Shown here: one piece after another, positions 23,294 through 32,000 of the stretch
Layout: each line of letters starts with the position of its first letter
Position numbering within the stretch: position 1 is the first letter of the stretch
Assembly (NCBI RefSeq): GCF_001457615.1
Contig: NZ_LN831024.1
Span: 60,001-92,000 of the forward strand
Length of the DNA: 32,000 nucleotides
Direction: 5' to 3'
Source: Pseudomonas aeruginosa
GTDB taxonomy: Bacteria > Pseudomonadota > Gammaproteobacteria > Pseudomonadales > Pseudomonadaceae
Program-made: the position numbers and the translations under genes
The notes under the pieces: generated by a model
What the model was told of the DNA's origin: nothing
Database searches by the model: none
The model's input: the letters and a program-made list of their open reading frames with translations, nothing else

Positions 23294-25006
23294 TCAACGC
23301 CCGCTGGACGCGAGCAATTCCTTCAATACCGCCTCCGGCTCGGCCCGGTGCTGCTGGCGATAATCTCCGACGTGTTTGACGAACAGGGTCGCGCGCTTGA
23401 CCAGGCTCTTGCCCAGAACCGGGTTGCGATTGAGTTCTTCCTGGATGCGCTGGAACTGCGCCTGGATCACCGCGTCGGTGTAACGGGTGCCGGTGGCGAG
23501 GTTGTCGATGTAGATGGCCAATGCGCCATCGAGGGCGCTGCGCCCGTTGGCGATGGCGCCGGCATAGAGCTGGGCGGTCGCCTGATCCCTGGCTGCCACG
23601 GCTTTCTCCCTGTCCTTCTTGAGGTTGGTCAGGCGTATGTTGTAGTTGTTGATCGTCTCGGCGACCAGTGCCGCCGACTGTATCAGGTTTCCGGCGGCCT
23701 CTTCGCGCTGCCGGGCGATCAACGAAACGTTACGCTTGAGTTCCTCGTTTATCTGGGCCAACTGCGCCTGCATCTGCGGGTCGCGGGTGGCGGCAATGAT
23801 TCCGTCCAATTGCTTGGTGGGATCTTGAGCGTCATCGATGGCATCGGTCAATGCCGCTAGTCGGCCTTCCTTCTGCCACTGGGCGAACAGCTCGGGATAG
23901 CGCGAGCGCGGCGCGGACAGCGCGCCGATGGCGACACGGAAACCGGTGGTCTCGTTGCGCTGTTCGCTGCCGTCGGCGGCGAACAGCGGGTATTCGCGGC
24001 GCATCCCGGTGAATAGAGTCATCTCGCCTTCGAGATAGTTCCCGCCCTTCACCACGAAACCGCCATATGTGCCCTGCCGGCGACCGGCGTGGACCAGTTG
24101 GAAGGACTCCTGGACCATCTCCGCGGCATTGCCGATCACGTCGAACAGGCCCAGCGGGTTCGGCCGCTTCATCCCTACCGGCAACAGTCGCGCGGCCTGG
24201 CCGGTGCCGCCGGCGACCTGGTTGTACACCGCCCAGTCGCCCAGCGGGCCTTCCTGGTCGCTGCCCTCGACCTTGCGCGGGAACAGCCGGCCTTCCAGTT
24301 CCTGGCGGCTTACCGCCTGGCCGCCGCGCGCGGCGAACTCCCACTCGACCTCGGTGGGCAGGCGGACGAAGCCGATGCCGCCGTCCTCGGGATTCTTGCC
24401 GCGGCCGCTGACCGGCAGCAGTTCCGGGTGGTTCTTCAGCAGCCAGGCGCTGTACACCGCGCCGAAGCGTTCGGCGTCGAAGCGCGAGAGGTTGACCTTG
24501 GGCAGCCGCGCGGCCATCCCGTCCGGCACGTCGCAGGCCGGCGCCTCGCCCTGGCCGGAGAGCGCGGCCGCCTGGCTCATCACCGCGGCGTACTGGCGGG
24601 CGGTCACCTCGTACTTGCCGATGAAGTACAGCATCGGCTTCAGCGGGGTGCCGGCGGCAGGCTTCGGCAGGCTGGCGGAGAGCTTCTGCTGCCAGGCCGG
24701 TGCCAGGTCGGCGAGGCTGAACTGGCCGTTCACGTAGTCGCGCCGGTAGCCGGAGATGAACGACTGCTGGTAGCCCGCCTCGCCTTCGTTGAAGGCGTAG
24801 CCGAGGTTGACCTCGCGATCGTCGAGGGCGCCTTCGGCGAGTACGTAGACATGCCGGAAGACCATCTCGCCGCCACACGGCAGCGGCAGGGCGACGTCGT
24901 CGGCCAGCGGCTTGGGATTGTCCGGCGAGTCGCCTTCGGCCCAGGCCGGCGCGGCAAATGCCAGGCAGGCGCCGAGTGCGAGCGGAAGAATGGCTTTCTC
25001 AAACAT
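23294..25006 (-). CDS. tagR1: TagR periplasmic protein with an FGE/SUMF1-like (formylglycine-generating-enzyme fold) domain; activator of PpkA
   Basis: Signal peptide ..APAWA|EG. FGE-like motifs (GFVRLPTEVEWEFAARGG, NPLGLFDVIGNAAEM, GGNY, TGFRVA). The start overlaps the tagS end by 8 nt. Confidence 0.85.
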   Translation of the reverse strand: MFEKAILPLALGACLAFAAPAWAEGDSPDNPKPLADDVALPLPCGGEMVFRHVYVLAEGALDDREVNLGYAFNEGEAGYQQSFISGYRRDYVNGQFSLADLAPAWQQKLSASLPKPAAGTPLKPMLYFIGKYEVTARQYAAVMSQAAALSGQGEAPACDVPDGMAARLPKVNLSRFDAERFGAVYSAWLLKNHPELLPVSGRGKNPEDGGIGFVRLPTEVEWEFAARGGQAVSRQELEGRLFPRKVEGSDQEGPLGDWAVYNQVAGGTGQAARLLPVGMKRPNPLGLFDVIGNAAEMVQESFQLVHAGRRQGTYGGFVVKGGNYLEGEMTLFTGMRREYPLFAADGSEQRNETTGFRVAIGALSAPRSRYPELFAQWQKEGRLAALTDAIDDAQDPTKQLDGIIAATRDPQMQAQLAQINEELKRNVSLIARQREEAAGNLIQSAALVAETINNYNIRLTNLKKDREKAVAARDQATAQLYAGAIANGRSALDGALAIYIDNLATGTRYTDAVIQAQFQRIQEELNRNPVLGKSLVKRATLFVKHVGDYRQQHRAEPEAVLKELLASSGR

Positions 25007-26198
25007 CGCGTAATCCCTCTGCGGCTTCGATCCGCGCCGCGCGCCAGCCGCCGCTGGCGGCGGCCAGGACGCTGCACAGCAGCGTGGCGAGCAGCGCCGT
25101 CAGGTAGTGGCTGGGCAGCAGGCGGCAGACGAACTCGCCGCTCTGGTTGTCGAACAGGTGGTTCAGCGCGCCGGCCGTGGCGGCGTACAGCAGCCCGGCG
25201 AGGAACAGGCCGAAGACGGCGCTGAACAGCGCCAGGAGCATGACGAAGCCGACCAGCGCGGCGGTCGGGAAGCCCAGCAGACGCAGCACCGCCAGGGCGC
25301 GGCGCTTGCGTTCGACGGCGGCCAGGCTGCTGGCGGCGATGGCGGCGAAGGCACCGCCGATGGCCAGCGCGGCGACGATCCAGAACACCAGGCCGAGGTT
25401 GCGGCTGAGGCTGCGCACCTGGGCGATGGCCTCGGCCTGGGTGGCGACTTCCACGCCACTCGCGACGAAGTGCCGGCGCAGCCCTTCCACCGCATCGAGG
25501 TCGCGGGCGTACAGGCGGAAGCCCGGGTAGATGCGTGCGCGCGGGGTCTCGCCGGCCTTCCCCGGCCAGCCGTAGGCGGCCACCGCGCGACCGTCGCGAT
25601 AGTCCTCGGCGGCTTCCAGCAGGGCCAGCGGGGCGAACAGCGCGTCGCGGGCGAAACGCTCCTGCGGCAGCACCGCGAGCACATCCAGCTCCAGGCGCTG
25701 GCTCTGTGCCTGGCCATCCATGCGCCGGCCGATGCGCGCGACGATGCGCTCGCCAGGCTGGGCGCCGAGTTTTTCCGCGGCGCCGTGGCTGAGCACCACG
25801 CGGGTCGGCCGGTCGGGTTGCGGCAGGCCGGCCAGCAGCGGGTCGCCGGCGGCGCTGGGAATCATCTCGACGCTCAGGGCGGTCTCGCCGCCGCCGCTGA
25901 GGTCGGCGGTGGCGGCGATCTGCCGGGTGCGCGGCACGGCGAAGGCGACGTCCGCGCGTGCGGCCAGGGCGGCGATGTCCTCGGCACGGTAGCGGGCGCC
26001 GCCGACCGGAATGATCTCGCGCACAGAAGGCGCGCGCTCCAGCCGCTCGGTGAGGGTGCTGACCAGGCCGTACTTGAGGCCGAACAGCACCAGCAGCGGG
26101 GTGATCACCGCCGCCAGGGCGAAGATCGCGCAGAGCGACAGGCGCGCCTCGCCGCGGTAGTCGGCCCAGGCCAGCGAGAGCAGCAGGCCGGCGCGCAT
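24999..26198 (-). CDS. tagS1: TagS ABC-transporter permease (FtsX/LolC-E-like)
   Basis: N-terminal TM helix, large periplasmic loop and C-terminal 3-TM FtsX-type domain. Its ATG shares one nucleotide with the tagT TGA. Confidence 0.85.
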   Translation of the reverse strand: MRAGLLLSLAWADYRGEARLSLCAIFALAAVITPLLVLFGLKYGLVSTLTERLERAPSVREIIPVGGARYRAEDIAALAARADVAFAVPRTRQIAATADLSGGGETALSVEMIPSAAGDPLLAGLPQPDRPTRVVLSHGAAEKLGAQPGERIVARIGRRMDGQAQSQRLELDVLAVLPQERFARDALFAPLALLEAAEDYRDGRAVAAYGWPGKAGETPRARIYPGFRLYARDLDAVEGLRRHFVASGVEVATQAEAIAQVRSLSRNLGLVFWIVAALAIGGAFAAIAASSLAAVERKRRALAVLRLLGFPTAALVGFVMLLALFSAVFGLFLAGLLYAATAGALNHLFDNQSGEFVCRLLPSHYLTALLATLLCSVLAAASGGWRAARIEAAEGLRDV

Positions 26199-26917
26199 CA
26201 GCCAACTTCCTCGAGGCAGGCGCCGACGCTGTCGTCGGCCTCGCGTTGCCAGCGGATGGCCAGGACTTCCAGGCCGGCGGCGCGAGCCAGGCGTTCGTCG
26301 TGGGTGGCGACCACGGTGCAGGCGCCGCGCTCGCGGGCCTGCTCCACCAGCAGGCGCATCACCCGTTCGGCGTTCAGCGGGTCGAGCGCCGCGGTCGGCT
26401 CGTCGGCCAGCAACAGGCGCGGCGCATGCGCCAGGGCGCGAGCGATGGCGACCCGCTGGCGCTGGCCGACCGACAGCGCCGCCGGTTTCTTGTCCAGCTG
26501 GTCGCCGATTTCCAGCCGCTCGGCCAGCGCCTGTACGCGCTCGGCGGATGGGGCGCCGAGCAACGCGCAGGGCAGTCCGATGTTGCGCCGCACATCGAGG
26601 AACTCGAGCAACCCGCCGCTTTGCAGCACGTAGCCGCAGTGCTGCCGGCGCAGCGCCGCCAAGCGGTCCTGGCGGCCGTCGCGCCAGAGCGCGGCGATGT
26701 CCTGCGGGCGTTCCCCGGCGAGGAATTCGAAGCGCCCGCCCGGGTCCGGCGCCAGGGCCAGCGCCAGCAGGTCGAGCAGGGTGCTCTTGCCGCAGCCGCT
26801 GGGGCCGACGATGGCCAGCTGGCGACCCGCGCGCAATTCCAGCGCCGGCACCCGCAGGCGGTAGCGCTGGCGACCGGCGCCGTGGCTGCGGGCGACCTCG
26901 TGCAGGCGCAGGATCAT
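26198..26917 (-). CDS. tagT1: TagT ABC-transporter ATPase (LolD/MacB-like)
   Basis: Walker A GPSGCGKST, signature LSVGQRQR, Walker B LLLADEPT. ATGA overlap with the ppkA stop. Confidence 0.9.
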   Translation of the reverse strand: MILRLHEVARSHGAGRQRYRLRVPALELRAGRQLAIVGPSGCGKSTLLDLLALALAPDPGGRFEFLAGERPQDIAALWRDGRQDRLAALRRQHCGYVLQSGGLLEFLDVRRNIGLPCALLGAPSAERVQALAERLEIGDQLDKKPAALSVGQRQRVAIARALAHAPRLLLADEPTAALDPLNAERVMRLLVEQARERGACTVVATHDERLARAAGLEVLAIRWQREADDSVGACLEEVG

Positions 26918-29900
26918 GGCAGCGTCGACAGCGGCACGCGGTACAGCGCGTCGCCGGCGTCGGCGTCGCCGAACCGGACCCAGTTGGCGACGTCGTTGTG
27001 GAAGGTTTCGTAGAGGCGGATCTTCGACTCCAGTTCGTCGATGAAGTCCTGCTGTTCGGCGACGCTCAGCGACAGCCAGAGGTCCTGGGTCATGTTCAGC
27101 GACTTGCTGCGGTACGGCAGGCCTTCCAGGTATTCGCCGAGCACGCCGCTCTGCGCCAGGTTGCTGCCCTTCACCAGTTGCGCCGGGTCGCGGCTCATGT
27201 AGGCGCTGGCGCTGGCGATTTCCTGGAAGAAGTCCTTGGGCGAGGTCTGGGTGCGCTTGGCCGCGTCGACGATCAGTTTCAGCGACTGTTGCAGTTCGTT
27301 GAGTTGCAGCTTGCTCAGCAGCACGCAGACCTGGAACGCCGGCAGCGCCGGGTTGGTCAGGTCACGGTCGGCGGTCCAGGCGGTGACGACCTGCGGCGCG
27401 CGCACCGGGTCGCGGCGACCGAGGAATTCCATCTGCATGGCGTAGCCGATGGCCGCCGACTTGCTCGCCACGCTTGGCGCGGCGTCGAAGCGCGGCGCCT
27501 GCGGCTTGCGGTTGCCGGCGTCGTGGACCAGGTCGGCGAACACCGTGCCGATCTCCTTCACCGTGTTGCCGAAGGCGTTCACCTCGCCGCCGGCCACCGG
27601 GATGTAGAGGTCGGCGATCTTCGGGTTGGCGTCGGCGGTGAGGCTGCGGTACTGCTGCTCGGCGTAGCCGTGGTTGTTCTTCCCGGCCGGGGTGCGCAGG
27701 TGCAGGGCATAGATCTTCACGCCCTTGCGCAGCGCCGCCTGGCGGACCTCGGCCTCGTTCATCTGGGTGCGCCCGAGCGGGTCGTTCTTGCGCAGCGCGC
27801 CGGCGTCGGTGACCAGCAGCACCACGCGCCCGGCGTAGGGCGACCAGTCCATTTCGTCGACCGCCTGCATGATCCCGGCGAAGGCGTCTTCGTTGAACGA
27901 GTGGCTGGAGACGTCGGTGGCGCGCACCTGGCTGCTCAACTCGGCGAAGCGCTGCGCGTCGTTGCCCGGTTGCAGCGGCACCAGGGTCTTGCTGACGTAT
28001 TCCAGGCCGGGGGTCTTGTCGGTGTTGTTGCGGAAACCGACCAGGCCGAAGCTGACCTTGTCCAGGTCGCCGCGCTCGCCGATCTGCCGCTGCAGGCCGT
28101 CGATCACCTCGCGCACGCGGTCGATGTAGGGCTGCATCGACACCGAGGTGTCCACCACCAGGACGATGCCGGTGCGGAAGGTGTCGCTCGCCGCGCCGCT
28201 GGCGCCGCCCTGCCCGGCCTGGCCCGGCGCCTGGGGTGCCGCGGCGCTGCCGCCGGGGTCGATCGAGGCGACCTCCAGCAACTGCGCCGGCTGGCCGTCG
28301 GCGTCGAAGCTTTCCTTCGAGTCGAAGATCGGCAGCAGGTAGAACTGGTCCTGGGGGATCGCCCGGTCGTTGGGCTCGACCGCGACCACCTGCGGATCGC
28401 CCTTGTGATCCACCGCCTGGGTCAGGGTGTCGCGCGCTGCGCGGGTATCGCCGAGCAGGCGCTCGACCTGCTCGGCGCTGTTGAGGAACATCACCGGCGC
28501 GCGGCCGGAGCGTTCGGTGAACTTCAGCACCAGGCTCTGCTTCCAGTCGCTCACCGCGCTGGCCGGCAGCCAGCCGTCGCCCTCGCCGTTGCTGGAGGCG
28601 CCGACGCGCAGCCAGGGGCTGCCGCCGACCTGCTTGCGGGCGTACACGTAGAGCACCGAGAAGGCCGGCACCGCGCCGGCCCGGGGCGGGCCGCCAGCCT
28701 CGGCGGAGATGGCCGCGCCGGGTTTGGTCAGGACGCGCTGGAACAGGGTCTTCTTGCCTGGCATCAGCAGCGGACGCTCGCCGCCGTCCTGTTCGGCATC
28801 GGCCACCGGGGTCTGCTGCTGCGGCTTGTCCGCCGGCGTCTGTCCCAGCGGCGCTGGATCGGCAGCGCTCGGCGCGTCGCCCGAGCCCAGCAGCCACCAG
28901 GCGCCGCCGCCGATCGCCAGGAGCACGGCGGCCGCGGCGGCGGCGATCAGCGGCGTGCGGCTGCCGCCGGCACGCGGCTTCGCCGGTGGCAGCGGAGGCG
29001 GCGGGGGCGATGGCGGTTTCGCCGCTTGCGATGGCGGAGGCGGGGGCGGCGTGGCGCCGCCGGCGCTGGGCGTGACCGGCGGCAACTGGATCGATACCGG
29101 TTGCAGGCCGCCGAGGTCGGCGGGCGGCATGGGCGCGGGTTCGGCCGGCGGCGGGTTGCTCGCTCGAGGCGAGCCCTGCGGCGTCGCCAGCGGACGGATC
29201 TGGGTGGCTTCCAGGGCGCTCGGCGCCAGGCGGTCGAGGGCGGCGATCAGCGCGCCGGCGGTGGGGAAGCGCTCGGCCGGGTCCTTGGCCAGCAACTGGC
29301 GCAGGATGTCCTGGTAGCGGCCCTGTTCGATCGGCAGTTCCGGCAGCGGCTCGGTGAGGTGGGCCAGGGCGGTGGAGAGCGAATCCTTGCCGTTGTAGGG
29401 CAGCTTGCCGGTGAGGATCTCGTAGAGCACCACGCCCAGCGCGTAGAGGTCGGCGCGGCCGTCGATCTCCTGCCCGCGGGCCTGCTCCGGGCTCATGTAG
29501 CTGGGGGTGCCGACGGCGAAGCCGACCTGGGTGAACTGGGTATTGTCCTCGATCGACTTGGCGATGCCGAAGTCCGAGAGCACCGCGGTGCCGTCGGCGC
29601 GGAACAGGATATTGGCCGGCTTCACGTCTCGATGCACCAGGCCCTGGGAGTGCGCGTAGCCGAGCGCGGCGGCCACCTGCCGTACGTAGACCAGGCCCAG
29701 CTCGGGATCGAGGCCCTGCTGGATGCGCTCCTTGAGCGTGCCGTTGGGCAGGTATTCCATGGCCATGTAGTAGCAACTGCCGACGTTGCCGATGTCGTGG
29801 ATGGTCACCGTGTTCGGGTGCGACAGCCGCGCCAGGGTCCGACCTTCGCGCAGGAAGCGTTCGGCGAAGCTCGGGTCGGCGGCCAGCGCCGCGGCCATCA

Positions 29901-30012
29901 CCTTCAGCGCCACCTTGCGCTGCAGCGAGCGCTGGGTGGCCAGGTAGACCGTGGCCATGGCGCCTTCGCCCAGCTCGCGTTCGATGTCGAATCCCGGAAG
30001 TTCTATGTCCAT
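26914..30012 (-). CDS. ppkA: PpkA transmembrane Hanks-type Ser/Thr kinase with a periplasmic vWA domain
   Basis: Kinase motifs GEGAMATVY, VALK, HRDVKPAN, DFG, SPE. Pro-rich linker and TM helix (LIAAAAAAVLLAIGGGAWWLL). vWA MIDAS motif DTSVS is encoded at 28138-28152. 1032 aa. Confidence 0.95.
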   Translation of the reverse strand: MDIELPGFDIERELGEGAMATVYLATQRSLQRKVALKVMAAALAADPSFAERFLREGRTLARLSHPNTVTIHDIGNVGSCYYMAMEYLPNGTLKERIQQGLDPELGLVYVRQVAAALGYAHSQGLVHRDVKPANILFRADGTAVLSDFGIAKSIEDNTQFTQVGFAVGTPSYMSPEQARGQEIDGRADLYALGVVLYEILTGKLPYNGKDSLSTALAHLTEPLPELPIEQGRYQDILRQLLAKDPAERFPTAGALIAALDRLAPSALEATQIRPLATPQGSPRASNPPPAEPAPMPPADLGGLQPVSIQLPPVTPSAGGATPPPPPPSQAAKPPSPPPPPLPPAKPRAGGSRTPLIAAAAAAVLLAIGGGAWWLLGSGDAPSAADPAPLGQTPADKPQQQTPVADAEQDGGERPLLMPGKKTLFQRVLTKPGAAISAEAGGPPRAGAVPAFSVLYVYARKQVGGSPWLRVGASSNGEGDGWLPASAVSDWKQSLVLKFTERSGRAPVMFLNSAEQVERLLGDTRAARDTLTQAVDHKGDPQVVAVEPNDRAIPQDQFYLLPIFDSKESFDADGQPAQLLEVASIDPGGSAAAPQAPGQAGQGGASGAASDTFRTGIVLVVDTSVSMQPYIDRVREVIDGLQRQIGERGDLDKVSFGLVGFRNNTDKTPGLEYVSKTLVPLQPGNDAQRFAELSSQVRATDVSSHSFNEDAFAGIMQAVDEMDWSPYAGRVVLLVTDAGALRKNDPLGRTQMNEAEVRQAALRKGVKIYALHLRTPAGKNNHGYAEQQYRSLTADANPKIADLYIPVAGGEVNAFGNTVKEIGTVFADLVHDAGNRKPQAPRFDAAPSVASKSAAIGYAMQMEFLGRRDPVRAPQVVTAWTADRDLTNPALPAFQVCVLLSKLQLNELQQSLKLIVDAAKRTQTSPKDFFQEIASASAYMSRDPAQLVKGSNLAQSGVLGEYLEGLPYRSKSLNMTQDLWLSLSVAEQQDFIDELESKIRLYETFHNDVANWVRFGDADAGDALYRVPLSTLP

Positions 30013-30019
30013 GTCCGTC

Positions 30020-30748
30020 TCAGAAGGCCCTGACCACCAGGGCCGTGATGTTGTCCGGGGCGCCGCGGGTCAGGCCCAGGTGGACCAGGCTGCGGACCAC
30101 CGCATAGGGATCGCTGTGGCTGAGCACGTCGCGCAGTTCGCTGTCGTCGGCGGTCTTGTTGAGGCCGTCGCTGCAGAGCAGGAAGCTGTCGCCGGGCAGC
30201 ACGTGCAGCGCGGCTTCTGACAGTTCCAGTTGCTCGTGCACGCCGACCGCGCGGGTGACCACGTTGGCGCGCGGATGGTGGCGCGCCTCTTCCTCGCTGA
30301 TCAGTGCGTTGTCGAGCAGCTCCTGGACGTAGCTGTGGTCCCGCGAGATGGCTTCCAGCACGCCGCCGCGCAGGCGGTACAGGCGGCTGTCGCCGGCCCA
30401 CAGGCAGCTCGCCTGGTTGCCGCGCGCGGCGAGCAGTACCAGGGTGCTGCCCATCACGCTGACGCCACGCAGGCCGGCCTCCTGGCGAACCCGCTCGTTG
30501 ACCTGGGCGAGGCCGGTGCGCAACGCGCCGACATAGGCCGGTAGCGAGGAGGCCGCCGGGATGCGCCGCAGGGTATCGACGATCAGGCTGCTGACGAAGT
30601 CGCCGGCGGCGTGGCCGCCCATGCCGTCGGCGACCACCCAGAGTCCCGCCTCGGGGGCGTCGAGACTGGCGTCTTCGTTGACCTTGCGGACCATGCCGAC
30701 GTGGCTGTAGCTGGCCGACCTGTAGTAGCTGACTGAGTTGGGCACCAT
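30020..30748 (-). CDS. pppA: PpkA-antagonising PP2C-family Ser/Thr phosphatase
   Basis: PP2C motifs RKVNEDA, VADGMGGH, LLCSDGL. 242 aa, 7 nt upstream of ppkA. Confidence 0.95.
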   Translation of the reverse strand: MVPNSVSYYRSASYSHVGMVRKVNEDASLDAPEAGLWVVADGMGGHAAGDFVSSLIVDTLRRIPAASSLPAYVGALRTGLAQVNERVRQEAGLRGVSVMGSTLVLLAARGNQASCLWAGDSRLYRLRGGVLEAISRDHSYVQELLDNALISEEEARHHPRANVVTRAVGVHEQLELSEAALHVLPGDSFLLCSDGLNKTADDSELRDVLSHSDPYAVVRSLVHLGLTRGAPDNITALVVRAF

Positions 30749-30757
30749 CAGTTGTCC

Positions 30758-31438
30758 TTAACCGGGTATGCCGGGAAAGAGCGGGATCACCTCGCCCTCT
30801 CCGGTGAGGAATCGTCCGAACGCCGGCGCCGGCGGCAGGCCCTGGTAGCGCATCAGGCCGGCGGAGATCCGTGCCGAGCCGCGTCCCCACCAGTGGCTGG
30901 CGCCGTCGCAGGCGTGCTGGGCCAGCGCGGCGAGGCGCTGCGCCGGGGTCACCGCTTCGCTGCGCAGCAGGTTGCCGCTGATCAGCGATTGTTCGATGCG
31001 CGGTCCGCAGGGCGGTGCCGGGAGCTGCGCCACCGCCTGCTCGAAGGCCTCGACCTCGGCCTCCGGTTCGAGGGTGGAGAGCAGCAGGCTCTCGACCTGT
31101 TCGAACCAGCCGTCGTCGCCGCCGACCAGCCCGCCGAGGTCGGCGTTCGCCGGTAGCAGGCAGGCGACGGTCAGCGGGAAATAGCGACCGACCCGGTCGA
31201 TGCTCGGCATCACCACTCCGGTCACCGCTTCGCCGCCGAGCAGGCCGGGGGCGATGGCGAAGCGCCACAGCGGGCTGGTCAGGTAGGCGTCGAGCCAGGC
31301 CGCGCCGAGTTCGTCCTGGCTGGCGCGCATGCCGCTGGCCAGCCAGGCGTCCCAGGGTTCGACGAAGGTGTTCGGCAGGCCGCGGCTGACGAAATCGCCG
31401 CGGCCGGCCAGCTTGCCGTAGAAACCGACGCTGTTCAA
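30758..31438 (-). CDS. tagF1: TagF (type VI secretion-associated post-translational repressor)
   Basis: The family N-terminus (M)NSVGFYGKLAGRGDFVSRGLP begins at the TTG at 31438, preceded by GGAG and overlapping the tssM1 TGA (TTGA). The track ORF extends 89 codons upstream inside tssM1. Confidence 0.85.
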   Translation of the reverse strand: MNSVGFYGKLAGRGDFVSRGLPNTFVEPWDAWLASGMRASQDELGAAWLDAYLTSPLWRFAIAPGLLGGEAVTGVVMPSIDRVGRYFPLTVACLLPANADLGGLVGGDDGWFEQVESLLLSTLEPEAEVEAFEQAVAQLPAPPCGPRIEQSLISGNLLRSEAVTPAQRLAALAQHACDGASHWWGRGSARISAGLMRYQGLPPAPAFGRFLTGEGEVIPLFPGIPG

Positions 31439-32000
31439 AGGCGCTCCGGGAGGCTGAAGCCGGACACGACCCGGCTCTTGAAGGGGTTGAAGGCGCTGCT
31501 GGCGCGCAGCTCGCAGGCGATGCTGGAGCCGTCGATGCGCAGCCGCAGGGTGAAGCGGTCCGGCGAGTTGCCGCGTTCCAGGTCCGACTGGTCGAGCAGG
31601 CGGAACCAGGCCCAGGGGCCTTCCAGGGTCAGGCCGGAACGGCCGCTGCTGGGCGGCGGCGTCACGGTCAGGCGGACCACGCCGAGGCCGTTGGCGCTCG
31701 GCCACTGCATCGCCACCGGGCGGGCGGGGCCGTGGTCGTAGGTCAGCTGCTGGCCGTCGAGGTCGAGGATGAACTGGCTGATCGCCGCGTCCATGGTCAC
31801 CGGCTTGAGTTCGAAGCGCACCGCCGGCTGCATGCCGCCGGAGCGGAAGAAGGCGTCGCGGATCGCCGCTGCGCGCTGGAAGGTGTGCAGCACGCCGGGG
31901 TTGATGCCGAGCTTCTGCGCCGCGCCGGGCTGCCAGCGCCAGGTGCTGGCGGAGGTGTCGACGTAGGGTTGCAGGTACTGGCGGAAGTAGCTGTCCATCA
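31435..32000 (-). CDS. tssM1: TssM/IcmF C-terminal part (partial; continues beyond the window)
   Basis: Open frame to the window edge. The sequence ..FELKPVTMDAAISQFILDLDGQQLTYDHGP..WPS.. is typical of the IcmF C-terminal domain. Sits immediately upstream of tagF. Confidence 0.8.
   Translation of the reverse strand, partial: MDSYFRQYLQPYVDTSASTWRWQPGAAQKLGINPGVLHTFQRAAAIRDAFFRSGGMQPAVRFELKPVTMDAAISQFILDLDGQQLTYDHGPARPVAMQWPSANGLGVVRLTVTPPPSSGRSGLTLEGPWAWFRLLDQSDLERGNSPDRFTLRLRIDGSSIACELRASSAFNPFKSRVVSGFSLPERL

Noticed and set aside
28930-29130. GC-rich near-repeats (GGAGGCGGCGGGGGCG...) considered as a tandem-repeat or phase-variation tract
   Set aside because: They encode the Pro-rich juxtamembrane linker of PpkA (PPPPPPSQAAKPPSPPPPPLPP) on the opposite strand. 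This is low-complexity coding sequence, not a homopolymer or unit-repeat tract likely to slip.
26548-30033. 1161-aa + strand ORF, the longest in the track, covering the whole ppkA region
   Set aside because: It is antisense to a gene with unmistakable kinase, TM and vWA motifs. Its translation is Arg/Gly/Ala/Pro-rich low complexity with no motifs. This is the classic shadow ORF of high-GC DNA. The same reasoning applies to 2911..4794 (+), 18606..20642 (-), 595..1500 (-), 6035..6982 (-), 7088..7990 (-), 20850..21941 (-), 24089..25225 (+), 25107..26633 (+), 27362..29776 (-), 30003..31268 (-) and similar ORFs.
1-32000. Search by eye for CRISPR arrays, tRNA/rRNA genes, IS elements, integrases and long terminal inverted repeats
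   Set aside because: I could not identify any regularly spaced direct repeats, cloverleaf-like segments, or transposase or integrase ORFs. A computational scan (tRNAscan-SE, Infernal/Rfam, ISfinder BLAST, MinCED) would be needed to exclude small RNAs.

Overview
High-GC (about 65%) gamma-proteobacterial chromosomal DNA. From memory, gene content and order match the Pseudomonas aeruginosa PAO1-type region from the 3' end of exoT (PA0044) to the 3' part of tssM1/icmF1 (PA0077); locus tags could not be verified here.

Left to right:
- Last 24 codons of an upstream + strand gene, followed by a strong terminator.
- A three-gene lipoprotein operon (CsgG-like, DUF4810-like, DUF799-like) and a convergent XRE regulator.
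- A 553-aa secreted protein with pyroglutamyl-peptidase (C15)-like motifs.
- A 610-bp GC-rich gap, then two tandem, very small signal-peptide-bearing 4-Cys peptide genes. One is absent from the ORF track.
- A sharply AT-rich block upstream of phzH.
- A cupin gene and a lower-GC antitoxin/Doc toxin pair.
- kptA, a DUF1993 gene, and a LysR / MBL-fold / DsbA-like / osmC group.
- A cluster of exported proteins that includes two tandem paralogous lipoproteins.
- A gamma-CA-like / HAD / membrane-protein operon.
- prlC, translationally coupled to a yheV-like zinc-ribbon gene.
- A radical-SAM gene preceded by a textbook LexA SOS box.
- On the minus strand, the H1-T6SS post-translational regulatory operon tssM1(3' end)-tagF1-pppA-ppkA-tagT-tagS-tagR-tagQ.

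No rRNA, tRNA, CRISPR array, IS element or integrase was seen.

The least explained parts, and my best candidates for something undescribed, are the divergent pair formed by the C15-like secreted protein and the twin 4-Cys peptides (2983-5636), and the CsgG-like tri-lipoprotein operon (571-2303). The T6SS TagQRST/PpkA/PppA/TagF module is already well described. Many long ORFs in the track are antisense or shadow ORFs typical of high-GC DNA and were rejected.
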